Source: a virus
Lineage: Duplodnaviria; Caudoviricetes
Length of the DNA stretch: 59,260 nt
Strand: one strand, 5' to 3'
Virus record (IMG/VR): IMGVR_UViG_3300027741_000071
Coordinates: 1-59,260 of that record
The notes under the pieces were generated by a model. The model ran no database searches. It had not been told where the DNA came from and saw only the letters and a program-made list of their open reading frames with translations. The stretch's first letter is position 1; each line of letters starts with the position of its first letter. A program made the translations under genes and the position numbers. This document shows, in pieces, positions 27,984 to 38,069 of the stretch.

Positions 27984-29261
27984 ATGGCTACAACACCTAC
28001 ATACACCTCGCCGTTTACCGGCACCGTTGTCACCCCCACAGACGTATCGTATGAGGCGCTAAATTTTAGCTCTAATGTTACGTTGTATTGGCCCACTACT
28101 GTTAACTCAACACAGACAGTAGCTGCCCGTATTATCGACTGCGTTGCAAGCGCAGGCGGACTTGCTATTGCACTGCCTGACGCGTCACAAGGCGCGCTGG
28201 GCACAGACATTTTGTTCCGTAACTTGGGCGCGTTCCCAATCAACATTACCAACAACACCGGCGGCGCTTCTGTAACGCTGGCTGTTGGTTCTGCAAGATA
28301 CTTCTATTTAACTGACAACACTTCGCAGGCCGGCACGTGGAATAACGTGGCGTTTGGTGTTGGCACATCTGTAGCCGATGCCGCTTCATTAGCTGGTTTG
28401 GGTTTGACAACATATAACGGCAAACTTGCAACCGGCCAAAACGTTATTGATACAGCTGTTGTACCAACAATAACTCAAAATAACTCAGGGACAACGTATA
28501 ACTGGACTGGTGGATCCGCAACTATTCCACTGCCAAACGTACAAAATTTAAACCCCGGCTGGTACATTGCGTTTAGAAACAGCAGCACTGGGACATTGAC
28601 TTTCAGTACAGTCGCTGGTACTGGGCAAAAAATTAACAACGCGTTGAGTATTGCCACGAACCCAAGCGACTCCGGGTTTATTATGTTTGACCCGACTAGC
28701 AATGGTTTTATTACCGTTGGATGGTCTATCCCAACTGCGGTAACGTTTAACTCGGCATCATACGACGTTGATACGATTATTGGCAACACTTTGAATTTGA
28801 CGTCTTACGCGCCAATTATTCAAACGTATATTGCACAATCCGGCACACGAACACAGACCTTGGCGGTGACATTGCCTGCGATTACGCAGCTGTATATCCT
28901 TGTTAACAACACCAACCAGATAAGCTACAACATCACGTTTAAGTGTCAGGGCAGCGCAGCAGCGCCCTTGGTTTTAACAGCCGGCTCGGTGCTTACTGTC
29001 CTTAGTGATGGCACCAACCTGTACTCATTGGTTACGGCTTCAACGGGTATTAACTACGTTTCTAACGGAACGTCAGGCGTCCCGTCGTATTCATTCAGCA
29101 ACGACGTGACAACTGGTTTGTACTTGCGTGATACTGCTCGACTTGGTATTACTACCGGCGGTGTTGAATTAATTGACGTCAATAACAATAATCCCGCGGC
29201 ACCGGTCGTAACGGTTGCTGCAACGTTGAACGCTACATTGATTTCTGGCGGAACATTCTAA
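27984..29261 (+). CDS. Tail protein
   Basis: Beta-rich; PSYSF..D.TTGLY motif; ends ISGGTF. Confidence 0.7.
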   Translation: MATTPTYTSPFTGTVVTPTDVSYEALNFSSNVTLYWPTTVNSTQTVAARIIDCVASAGGLAIALPDASQGALGTDILFRNLGAFPINITNNTGGASVTLAVGSARYFYLTDNTSQAGTWNNVAFGVGTSVADAASLAGLGLTTYNGKLATGQNVIDTAVVPTITQNNSGTTYNWTGGSATIPLPNVQNLNPGWYIAFRNSSTGTLTFSTVAGTGQKINNALSIATNPSDSGFIMFDPTSNGFITVGWSIPTAVTFNSASYDVDTIIGNTLNLTSYAPIIQTYIAQSGTRTQTLAVTLPAITQLYILVNNTNQISYNITFKCQGSAAAPLVLTAGSVLTVLSDGTNLYSLVTASTGINYVSNGTSGVPSYSFSNDVTTGLYLRDTARLGITTGGVELIDVNNNNPAAPVVTVAATLNATLISGGTF

Positions 29262-31426
29262 TGGCTGATAACGCTGATTTAGCTCAATATAACGCGCTTT
29301 ATACCCTCAACGTTAAGCCGGGTATTAAGCGCGATGGTACTGTTTTTGAAGCTGAAGAATTTACAGACGGCGTGTGGTGCCGTTTTCAGCGTGAGCGCGC
29401 CCGTAAAATGGGTGGTTATAAATCAGTATTTACCAGCTTGGTCGGCATTTACCGCGGCATGGTTATTCAACCGTATAATGGCGTTAACTATATTTTTGCT
29501 GGCAACTTTAATGAGCTGGACATTTTTACTACCAACACTAATTACGCCACTGGTAGCGGACCTTATAAAGCTAATATTTTACCCGGGCAGGTTGAATTAA
29601 AAGTTGTAAACCCATTAACTAGCAGCATTGACATTCAAGGTACTTCTGGCGTTTCTGGCGCGGTTCAATATTTCCCCGTCGGCACAAAAGTAATTTTTTC
29701 ACAATCCGGTACACCCGCAACTTACACAACTACAAGCGTTAGTTATGTGGCGCCGTATGTGCGATTGGGATTCAGCGGCACTATCCCCGCATCACCAACG
29801 CAGGCGTGGATTGCCAACGGCGCGGTATTTACCCCTGATCCTGTTGCGGGACCCTACCGCTTAGATTGGCAATTTGATGCGGCATTTAGCCCCTCTGGTG
29901 GCCAGCTTCAGGTCTTGGCGCACCCGGGCTACAACTTAGTTAACATTGACAACGGTGTTCCGTCGCAGGTGCTGGTGGGTAATATTACACCGGCTTCGGG
30001 AAATACTTGGGATTTTTATGGTTTGTCAGACAGTCAGGGTGCGAACCCAACGTACAAACCTATCTCCGTTGATGGTGGTGTTTGTGTGTTGTACCCGTTC
30101 ATTTTTGTGTACGGCTCATACGGTTACATTGCCAACAATAACGTAAGCACTCAAACAAGTGCAGCCGAATATAATAAACAATCTTTGTACGATTGGAACG
30201 GACCATACGCTAACCAAGTTAACGTTTCTGCTTCAAAAATTGTTAAGGGCGCAACTGTTCGCGGAGGTACAAACGCACCTTCCGGATTGTTTTGGTCGAC
30301 TGATAGTTTAATTCGTGTTTCGTTTACTGCGGCCAACGCGCCACTGTATTGGAACTACGATATTGTTTCCAGCCAAATCTCTGTTATGTCATCCGCGGGT
30401 ATTGTTGAACTGGATGGCATATACTTTTGGATGGGCGTAGATAGGTTTTATCTGTATAACGGGTCGGTTAAGGTATTGCCTAACGATAAGAACGTAAACT
30501 ACCTGTTTGATAACATCAATTTTTCGCAACGTCAAAAAGTATGGGCAACTAAGATCCCGCGCTTCAACGAGGTTTGGTTTTTTTATCCCCGTGGTGAGGC
30601 AACGGAATGCACCGATGCCATCATTTACAACACCAAAGATCAAATTTGGTACGACGCTGGCCAAGCTCCCGGAGCTCAACGCTCATGCGGCTACACAACT
30701 GAACTATTGCCAACACCTATTTGGTGTGATTGGAACTACGAGCCGATTTACTACACACCGCAATTAACAATTGCCACACCGACAGGGCAGTCTGCACCAG
30801 CGGCAAACCAATTTTATTTAGCTGGTAACCAGACGTCAACGTTTAGCCCCGGAGATTCTGTTGCGTTTTTACAGGACCCAGCTGCTCCAACCTATGTAAT
30901 TACCAACAGCGTTAATATTGTTAATACAACAATTGGAGCGCCCGGTGTTACCAAGGTAACTTGCGCAACAAATTTTAGCCCAGCAATTACCACAGGGCAG
31001 GACGTGTTTGCTGTTACCGGCGGATATAACCTTTGGCAGCATGAATTTGGCGTAGATCGCGTAGGTTTAAACGGTTCTACGGCCATTTATTCGCGCGTCA
31101 CAACCAGCGATATTAGCTGGGTCGGCGGTACGCCAAGCGGGGACAACGCACAGGGCGTTAACCGCCGCATGCATTTACGCCGTTTTGAACCCAACTTTGT
31201 TCAAACTGGAACAATTGCCATGAGCGTTTTGGGGCGTAGGTTTGCGGATGACGACATAAATACGCAGGTGTCAGGCCCTTATTATTTTAATGCCGACGCC
31301 GGTAAGATTGACTTGCGTGTCGAGTATCGTTTGATGCGGTTGAAGTTTGAGTCAAACGAGCTTGGCGGCAGCTTTGAGATGGGTCGAAACATCATTACTT
31401 GCGAATACGGTGATGAGCGCCCATGA
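29261..31426 (+). CDS. Tail nozzle / DNA stabilisation protein (P22 gp10-like)
   Basis: KPGIKRDGT, W.RFQ..R.RKMGG, YFWMG.DRFY.YNG.V, FNEVWFFYP. Confidence 0.72.
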   Translation: MADNADLAQYNALYTLNVKPGIKRDGTVFEAEEFTDGVWCRFQRERARKMGGYKSVFTSLVGIYRGMVIQPYNGVNYIFAGNFNELDIFTTNTNYATGSGPYKANILPGQVELKVVNPLTSSIDIQGTSGVSGAVQYFPVGTKVIFSQSGTPATYTTTSVSYVAPYVRLGFSGTIPASPTQAWIANGAVFTPDPVAGPYRLDWQFDAAFSPSGGQLQVLAHPGYNLVNIDNGVPSQVLVGNITPASGNTWDFYGLSDSQGANPTYKPISVDGGVCVLYPFIFVYGSYGYIANNNVSTQTSAAEYNKQSLYDWNGPYANQVNVSASKIVKGATVRGGTNAPSGLFWSTDSLIRVSFTAANAPLYWNYDIVSSQISVMSSAGIVELDGIYFWMGVDRFYLYNGSVKVLPNDKNVNYLFDNINFSQRQKVWATKIPRFNEVWFFYPRGEATECTDAIIYNTKDQIWYDAGQAPGAQRSCGYTTELLPTPIWCDWNYEPIYYTPQLTIATPTGQSAPAANQFYLAGNQTSTFSPGDSVAFLQDPAAPTYVITNSVNIVNTTIGAPGVTKVTCATNFSPAITTGQDVFAVTGGYNLWQHEFGVDRVGLNGSTAIYSRVTTSDISWVGGTPSGDNAQGVNRRMHLRRFEPNFVQTGTIAMSVLGRRFADDDINTQVSGPYYFNADAGKIDLRVEYRLMRLKFESNELGGSFEMGRNIITCEYGDERP

Positions 31427-31680
31427 CGAATAAGATTGTCCAGTCGTTCCCGTTTAGCACCGCCTATTGCGGTTTTGAGGAATGGGTTGGCAACTTCATC
31501 CAATGGTACGGCCAAGAACCAATTGGGCAGGGCCACGAGCTGGAATGGAAAGAGATTGCCAACCAGATTGTGAGCGCGCCGTCTTTTGCAGCCTATGGCC
31601 TGCAATCACCTGAAATGTTTGAGACTTGGCAAGAGTGGGCCGAAGACGTTTCCTTAGCAATTAACGGGCCAACTCACTGA
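31423..31680 (+). CDS. Hypothetical protein
   Basis: ATGA overlap; FETWQEWA motif. Confidence 0.7.
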   Translation: MTNKIVQSFPFSTAYCGFEEWVGNFIQWYGQEPIGQGHELEWKEIANQIVSAPSFAAYGLQSPEMFETWQEWAEDVSLAINGPTH

Positions 31681-31696
31681 TTTTTTTGCATTAATA
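31666..31696 (+). promoter_or_regulatory. Putative late promoter GGGCC-N16-TGCATTAATA
   Basis: Conserved bipartite motif upstream of the ejection-protein operon. Confidence 0.75.
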
Positions 31697-31708
31697 TACG
31701 TAGAATAT

Positions 31709-32137
31709 ATGCCAATAAACAAATCCCAAGCACAAAATAACGCGACAATGTCTACGCAAGACATTGTCAAGAATTGTGACGAGATTAAGGATTCAGGTCA
31801 GGATTGGAGACAAGCGTATGCCGCGTTGCATTCCATGTTGGAATCAAACCAGTACCGCATAATGCGGGCCGGCAACACGTTATTTTTAATAAAACTTTTG
31901 GAACAAGGCACTGCACAGATGTTTGTGTTTAACGCCGATAGTCCTAAAAACTTTTTGAAAAATACTAAAGAGTTTTTTAAGGCCATGAAGGCTGCAAAGT
32001 TCCACACAGTTTTTGGGATAACAGAAAATCCCCAAATTATAAAAATGTTGCAGCACACGGGTTATGAAGTTGATGTAGAAAACGTTGGAAACGACGATAA
32101 GGGCCAACCTTTATACAAGGGAACGGTCCATGTGTAA
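31709..32137 (+). CDS. Hypothetical protein
   Basis: 142-aa ORF after promoter. Confidence 0.7.
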   Translation: MPINKSQAQNNATMSTQDIVKNCDEIKDSGQDWRQAYAALHSMLESNQYRIMRAGNTLFLIKLLEQGTAQMFVFNADSPKNFLKNTKEFFKAMKAAKFHTVFGITENPQIIKMLQHTGYEVDVENVGNDDKGQPLYKGTVHV

Positions 32138-35100
32138 TCCGTTACAAGAACTTGAGAATACCGTTAACGGTTTTGGTGGAATAATCTTGGGGCTTCCCGG
32201 TTCTACTAAAAAAATACTTAATGGTGTTGGGAGCGCATTTAACGCTGTAAATAAAACAGTGGACGCAATACTTCGCAACCCGCTGCCAACTATTGAAACG
32301 GTAGCATTAACATCTTTAGGTGTTCCGCCAATAATTGCTAACGCAGCAGTGGCGGCGGCAAACGGCGGCAACATCAATCAAATAGCTTTATCTGCGCTTA
32401 CGGCTTATGCAGGTAGCAAAATAGGTAGCTACGCAGCCGGCGCAGTTGGAACTGAAAGTGCGTTGATTAAGCAAATTGTTGGCAGCTCATCTGGCATGGC
32501 TGCTGTTGCTGTGTTAAAAGGGCAAAATCTTCAGCAGGTATTAACCGCTGGTGCAACTGGTGCGATTAACGCAACTATATCAAATCAACTTGCACAACAA
32601 GGTTTTACAAAAGTAGATAACCAAATCCTTTCAAACGCCTCAACGGCAGCAATTAAAGCTGTACTTGGCGGTAAAGACATAGGCGCTGCTATTGGTGCAT
32701 CGGTTGCATCTACAGCTATCCAAGCTGCGTTGTCTGGAAAAATAGACCAGATAAATAAAAACAATGAGATGGGTAAAGGTTTAGTTAGTCAATATACTAA
32801 ACTTAGTTCTCAAGCCAGCGATTGGTTCAATAAGAATCTTGCGCCAACTCAAGACAAAGAAAACCAACTTTATAATTCTTTACAAACTGACCAAAACCAA
32901 TATAATAAATCAAAGATGGAATATGATAGTGCCGTTAATAGGTACAATTATTATTCAAAGTTTTCGGGGGATTATTACGTAAATACGGCTGCAAAAGAAG
33001 TTGAACTTGCCAATTCACTTGTAGACAAAATGAATTTGCTAGGCGCAGATATGTCTACAAAATCTGAAGAGTTTTCCAACGTACATGCCGAAGCTGAAAA
33101 AGATAGACAGTATTACAAATCTACGTATGAAAATCCATTAACTTCTATAACCAATAAAGTAGAAGAAATAAATAGGGCAAACGATTACGAGTCAAAAAAT
33201 GTTGGCTATTTAGTTGCTAGGTACGAAGATCAAATTACTAAAGACCAAACCAACATAGTTTCAGCTATTGCCAAAGACGCAGTAAAAGAAGCTCAAGATT
33301 TGTTGCAAAAACAAGCTGAGCCTACACCTGCACCTGCACCTGCACCTGCACCTGCACCAACACCTGCACCAGAACCAACACCTGCACCTGCACCTGCACC
33401 TGCACCAGAACCAACACCTGCACCTGCACCTGTTGCACCAGAACCCACACCAGTAGCACCAGAACCCGCACCAGTTGTCCCGCAGCCCGCGCCTACGCCA
33501 TCCGTTCCGCAATTTACGCAACCTGATTCCGAGCTTGTTGGCGCTGAGGCGCAGGACGATGGAACGACTGTTGAAAAATTTGCCGATGGAACAACGCAAG
33601 TTGTTGACTCATTGTCTGGTAAAATTTTAAGTCAAACAGCACCAGCACCGGTGCCTGAACCAGAAGCACCGACTGGTGGATTGGATGTGGTAGCACCAAC
33701 ACCAGCATCCGAACCAGTACCTGAATTAAAAGCGCCAACTCGTGGATTAGATGTAGTAGCGCCCCCAACACGAGAACCGGTGCCTGAACCAGAAGCGCCA
33801 ATGGGTGGATTGGATGTGGTAGCACCCCCAGCACCCGAACCAGAACCAGTGCCTGAACCCGAAGCACCAATGGGTGGGTTGGATGTGGTAGCACCTCCAA
33901 CACCAGAACCGGTGCCTGAACTAAAAGCGCCGACCGGTGGGTTGGATGCAGTTGACCCAATTGTGAATCAAGAGGCTCCTGTTGAAACTGCACCTCCAAG
34001 CACTTTGGACACTGTGGTACAGACCAATCAAGACGCGCTAAATACAGCAATCACTTCTAATAACCCCGATTTAGTGGACGCTGTAGTTAACGGCAACGAA
34101 GATGTTATTACTGCTTTGGCAAACGGCGATGTTGACGCAGCTACTAATTTAATTGGCGGCGCAGACACCAGCGTGCCTGATATGCCTGATGTTCAACAAC
34201 CTGAAGAAGAGCAGCCACCTGAAGAAGAGCTGGATACTAACGTCCCCGGTTTGCCATCTATTGATCAGACCGTTGAAGAAGAGCAGCCACCTGAAGAAGA
34301 GCAGCCACCTGAAGAAGAGCAGCCACCTGAAGAAGAGCAGCCACCTGAAGAAGAGCAGCCACCTGAAGAAGAGCAGCCAGACGATGGCTTTGGCCCTATA
34401 AGAATTCCAAGTGGCACGGGCTCAATATCAACGCCAAAACCACCATCAAGACCCACGTCGGCACCAACAATAGCACCAGCACCGGCACCAACAATAGCAC
34501 CAGCACCGGCAGGAACAAACACTATGAGCACAACTGGAACCAGCGGGTACCAAGACCCCAAATTAGATTTTACGCCGCATCTTGTAAAGGGCAGCGCAAT
34601 CAATTTAGTTGGACAACCAACGTTTCGGGAAATATACACCCCGCAACAACAAGCGCAAGCCCCGTCGCCTTACACAGACGGCATGATGGGTTACGCGGAA
34701 GGCTCGTCTGTCAGCATGCAGCCCCAATTTACCCGCGGGCGCGCTCAATTTTTGCAATCAATGTTGCACCCAATGGCTCGGCCACAAGTCGGGCCACAGC
34801 GTTTTGAAAGCCACAGCGAAGGCCACGAAGTTGGTGAACACCAGCCAGAGTTTTATAGCGAAGGTGGTTTAAAATCAATCGAGAACAGATACGTTACGGG
34901 CGACGGCGACGGCACCTCCGACTCGATTCCAGCTATGTTGGCCAACGGTGAGTTTGTTATTCCCGCTGACGTTGTGGCAAGTTTAGGCAACGGATCAAAT
35001 GAATTCGGTGCCTCCGTGTTGGATCAGTTTATGAAAGCTATTCGCGAGCATAAACGCGACGCACACCCCGATCATTTACCGCCTGATTCAAAAGGGCCGT

Positions 35101-35138
35101 TAGCTTATCTGCAAGAAGCACAAAAGAAAGTTGCATAA
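32130..35138 (+). CDS. Large internal virion/ejection protein with Pro/Glu-rich repeats
   Basis: ATG 32130 (MCNP); Ala/Gly helices, PA and PEPEAPxGGLDVVAP repeats, EEEQPP repeats, C-terminal GDGTSDSIPAMLANGEFVIPADVV motif. Confidence 0.7.
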   Translation: MCNPLQELENTVNGFGGIILGLPGSTKKILNGVGSAFNAVNKTVDAILRNPLPTIETVALTSLGVPPIIANAAVAAANGGNINQIALSALTAYAGSKIGSYAAGAVGTESALIKQIVGSSSGMAAVAVLKGQNLQQVLTAGATGAINATISNQLAQQGFTKVDNQILSNASTAAIKAVLGGKDIGAAIGASVASTAIQAALSGKIDQINKNNEMGKGLVSQYTKLSSQASDWFNKNLAPTQDKENQLYNSLQTDQNQYNKSKMEYDSAVNRYNYYSKFSGDYYVNTAAKEVELANSLVDKMNLLGADMSTKSEEFSNVHAEAEKDRQYYKSTYENPLTSITNKVEEINRANDYESKNVGYLVARYEDQITKDQTNIVSAIAKDAVKEAQDLLQKQAEPTPAPAPAPAPAPTPAPEPTPAPAPAPAPEPTPAPAPVAPEPTPVAPEPAPVVPQPAPTPSVPQFTQPDSELVGAEAQDDGTTVEKFADGTTQVVDSLSGKILSQTAPAPVPEPEAPTGGLDVVAPTPASEPVPELKAPTRGLDVVAPPTREPVPEPEAPMGGLDVVAPPAPEPEPVPEPEAPMGGLDVVAPPTPEPVPELKAPTGGLDAVDPIVNQEAPVETAPPSTLDTVVQTNQDALNTAITSNNPDLVDAVVNGNEDVITALANGDVDAATNLIGGADTSVPDMPDVQQPEEEQPPEEELDTNVPGLPSIDQTVEEEQPPEEEQPPEEEQPPEEEQPPEEEQPPEEEQPDDGFGPIRIPSGTGSISTPKPPSRPTSAPTIAPAPAPTIAPAPAGTNTMSTTGTSGYQDPKLDFTPHLVKGSAINLVGQPTFREIYTPQQQAQAPSPYTDGMMGYAEGSSVSMQPQFTRGRAQFLQSMLHPMARPQVGPQRFESHSEGHEVGEHQPEFYSEGGLKSIENRYVTGDGDGTSDSIPAMLANGEFVIPADVVASLGNGSNEFGASVLDQFMKAIREHKRDAHPDHLPPDSKGPLAYLQEAQKKVA
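33320..33955 (+). repeat. (PA)n and PEPEAPxGGLDVVAP coding repeats
   Basis: cctgca hexamer runs and six ~60-bp units; boundaries approximate. Confidence 0.85.
34275..34379 (+). repeat. 18-bp tandem repeat GAAGAAGAGCAGCCACCT x~6 (EEEQPP)
   Basis: Direct inspection. Confidence 0.92.
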
Positions 35139-35140
35139 AT

Positions 35141-36133
35141 ATGTCCGCTTTATCTAGTTTAACACAAACATCCGGATCATCGGTCACGTCGCTGCCCGAT
35201 TGGTATAACACCGCGCAACAAAACCTGGTAACCGGCGCAACAAACGCAGCTGCAGCAGCGCCGCAGTTGGGGCAGACTGTTGCACAGGGTGCGATCAAAA
35301 CATTATCTGGCCCCAATAACCCGTTTACAACTGCGACAAATACACTGGGAAACATTGCGGCAGGTGCAGCTAATCCATGGATTACTGATCCAAACACTGG
35401 CGCAGTAACACCAAATACAAACACCGCACTTGGTGGTTTGTTTCAAGCTCAAAGAAACCAACTGCAAGGCGAGATGCCTTACATTGCAGCAGGTGCTGCT
35501 GCACCTTCAATTGGCAGCGGAAACTTTGGTAGTTTGCGTGGTCAGGTAGCAACTAATGTTGCTATGGGTGACGCCATGAACAAACTGTTTAGCAACCAAC
35601 AGCAAGCCGCGCTGCAAAACCAACAGACGGGCGCGCAGGCTGCGACAAACATGGGCAATGTGGCGCAGCAAGGCATTACTAACGCCATGAACGTTGGCAA
35701 AGAGCAGATGGTCGCACCGTTCACAACACTTGCCAACCAAGGCAACATCTTGGCCAGCGTCAACGCACCATCGACTGTCAGCACAACACAAACACCTTCT
35801 ACTTTGCAAGCTATCACTGGCTTGGGTAGTGCTGTTAGCGGCGGCTTAAACGCTTTGTACGCTAAGGGCACCCCCGGAACTTCAGGTTACGTTCCCGGAG
35901 TATTAGACAACCTTGGTAAAGCGGGTACGGATATTAAAAATTGGTGGAACAACACCGACTCATCAACTGGTAAGCCTTATATTGACACGGGTTCATCAGT
36001 CCCTGTTTCGGGTGCTGATGCATCTTCGTCCGGTGGTACAATGGATCAAGAAACAGCCGACGCAATGGGCTATGTGCAGAACCCGTATGGTGAAGGTTAT
36101 GTAGACCCCGATACGTTGGAATACGGACCCTAA
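35141..36133 (+). CDS. Ejection (DNA pilot) protein, putative
   Basis: LP.WY, G.FGSLRG motifs; Gln/Ala/Gly-rich. Confidence 0.65.
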   Translation: MSALSSLTQTSGSSVTSLPDWYNTAQQNLVTGATNAAAAAPQLGQTVAQGAIKTLSGPNNPFTTATNTLGNIAAGAANPWITDPNTGAVTPNTNTALGGLFQAQRNQLQGEMPYIAAGAAAPSIGSGNFGSLRGQVATNVAMGDAMNKLFSNQQQAALQNQQTGAQAATNMGNVAQQGITNAMNVGKEQMVAPFTTLANQGNILASVNAPSTVSTTQTPSTLQAITGLGSAVSGGLNALYAKGTPGTSGYVPGVLDNLGKAGTDIKNWWNNTDSSTGKPYIDTGSSVPVSGADASSSGGTMDQETADAMGYVQNPYGEGYVDPDTLEYGP

Positions 36134-36144
36134 TAAGGATAAAC

Positions 36145-38067
36145 ATGGCTAAAGACACATCTGGCGGTTTGTCCGCAATATCAGAAGACAATACTGAAAC
36201 GCCATCAACTGGCGGCTTACAAGGCACAAGCACAATTAACGTTGGCGGTCAAAAGATTTCCACAAAAGGTGCGCTTCAAGGCCAAGCGTTGTTAGACGCC
36301 ATGCAAGAAGAATACTCACGTCGTGTGCCTGACAGTAACCTTGGACGTTTTAACACATTCCTTGAAGGCATGAAGGACGCTGTAGCAATTACGTCACGCG
36401 ATCCGGGCTCTGCTATGGCTGCTCGTGATCAAGAGAAGCGTTTGCGTGATGAAAGCCTGTTCCAAATGCGCGCCAACATGGCCACATTGCGTGGTCAGAT
36501 GGCTCAGCAAGCCTCAACAAGTGCCATGATGAACGGCACACCCCAAGGCGGTGCACAAGGCGCAACACAAGCTGGCGCACCTCAAGGCGGTGGCTCACCA
36601 GTGCAGCAAATGATTAACAGCCTGCCCCCTTCGTTGCAGGGCCAAGGTCGTCGATTGGCGGCTGAGGGACAATTTGATGCTCTTGCCAAGATGGTGCAAG
36701 ACTTTGAGGTTAAGAAGCCAGAGCTCCAGAAAAACATGGAGTTTATTAACGCTATGCCTGAAGGTCCTGAAAAAGAACGCATGCGCCGTCAAGTGCAAGA
36801 TAAAACCTTCGGCGTGTATGAAGATATTCTTCCTTCTGGTGAAACTCGTAGGTATACGCTGGGCAATGCAAATGTCCAAACACCTAATGTCGCTGATACG
36901 ACTACTCCTGGCGCAACACAAATGCCTGCTATACCAGCACAAATGCCTGCTATACCAGCACAAGCGCCGGCACAAGTGTCTCCTCCGGCACCAACGCCTA
37001 GCGCAGCTAAACCTGCTATGCCAGCACAAGCGCCTGCTAAACCTATTAGTAGTCCTGATATTAGGCCACAACTTAGCCCATTTACAAGCCAAACACCAAA
37101 CCCAGCACTTGCAAAGCAAAGCATGGAATTTGTAAAACGAGTTGAAGACCTCGGTGCTCCCTCATTTACACCTAAGCCTGCTGTTCCAGGTAAGTCTGAT
37201 GATACGGGTTTGCCAAACACATTTACCCCAGGAACTCAACAGTACGTTACACAACGCGCTAAGAACGCCGAAACAGCAACTGAGTTGCAAAAGGCACAAG
37301 CACAATCCAATATCAACATTGGTGAGCACGGTGCTAAATCTGCTATTGATGTTGCCGCTGAAACCGGTAAGGCATCTAATAAAATTTATGGTGAAGAATA
37401 CGCTAAAATCCCGGAACAAAAAGAAAAGGCTTCTAACACAATTGCAGCAGCTGATCGTGTTATTGCAATGGCCAACGACCCGGTTTACCGTAAGTTGATG
37501 GGATATTTCAACGGCGGCAACAAAGCAGCTTCCGCTCTTGTTGGTGTCTTGAACAACGTGCCAGGTCACTTGTTTGACAAAGATCGCATGGAAACCGCAA
37601 TGGCGTCTTTGGGCTTCACCGAAGCCGAACGTACAGCGTTTAACCAACTTAAAACAGACGCAGCATCGTTGGGTATCCAATACACCGCTGACATGTTCCA
37701 CGGCGCTCGCCTTGGAATTGGCTTAGAAAAACTGGGCGCAACTGGTAAGGGCGTGAGCTCAGACTTTACACCTGCAACAAACAAACTGTTTGCTCAAGTC
37801 ACTAAGAACAACGCAGAATTTGTGTTGGACGGCCACCGCACATTCCGTGACCAATGGGCACCTGCGCATCCCGGCAAAAACTGGGGCGATTTTATTCAAT
37901 CTCGCGAATATGACAACATGATTGATCAGCATTTAGCGGCGCAACGTGCTCTGACAAAAGGCACACCAATTGAAATTAAAAAGTTATCTGTCGATGAGGC
38001 TAAAAAAGCTGGATCCGGTTCCGGCTCTTCGGGCAGCATTTTAAACAAATACAAAATCAAAGGTTAA
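36145..38067 (+). CDS. Ejection/internal virion protein, putative
   Basis: 640 aa, helical with Pro/Ala linkers; position in the module. Confidence 0.62.
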   Translation: MAKDTSGGLSAISEDNTETPSTGGLQGTSTINVGGQKISTKGALQGQALLDAMQEEYSRRVPDSNLGRFNTFLEGMKDAVAITSRDPGSAMAARDQEKRLRDESLFQMRANMATLRGQMAQQASTSAMMNGTPQGGAQGATQAGAPQGGGSPVQQMINSLPPSLQGQGRRLAAEGQFDALAKMVQDFEVKKPELQKNMEFINAMPEGPEKERMRRQVQDKTFGVYEDILPSGETRRYTLGNANVQTPNVADTTTPGATQMPAIPAQMPAIPAQAPAQVSPPAPTPSAAKPAMPAQAPAKPISSPDIRPQLSPFTSQTPNPALAKQSMEFVKRVEDLGAPSFTPKPAVPGKSDDTGLPNTFTPGTQQYVTQRAKNAETATELQKAQAQSNINIGEHGAKSAIDVAAETGKASNKIYGEEYAKIPEQKEKASNTIAAADRVIAMANDPVYRKLMGYFNGGNKAASALVGVLNNVPGHLFDKDRMETAMASLGFTEAERTAFNQLKTDAASLGIQYTADMFHGARLGIGLEKLGATGKGVSSDFTPATNKLFAQVTKNNAEFVLDGHRTFRDQWAPAHPGKNWGDFIQSREYDNMIDQHLAAQRALTKGTPIEIKKLSVDEAKKAGSGSGSSGSILNKYKIKG

Positions 38068-38069
38068 TC

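Noticed and set aside
34275-34379. Possible CRISPR array
   Set aside because: The repeats are contiguous 18-mers without spacers and encode EEEQPP in frame.
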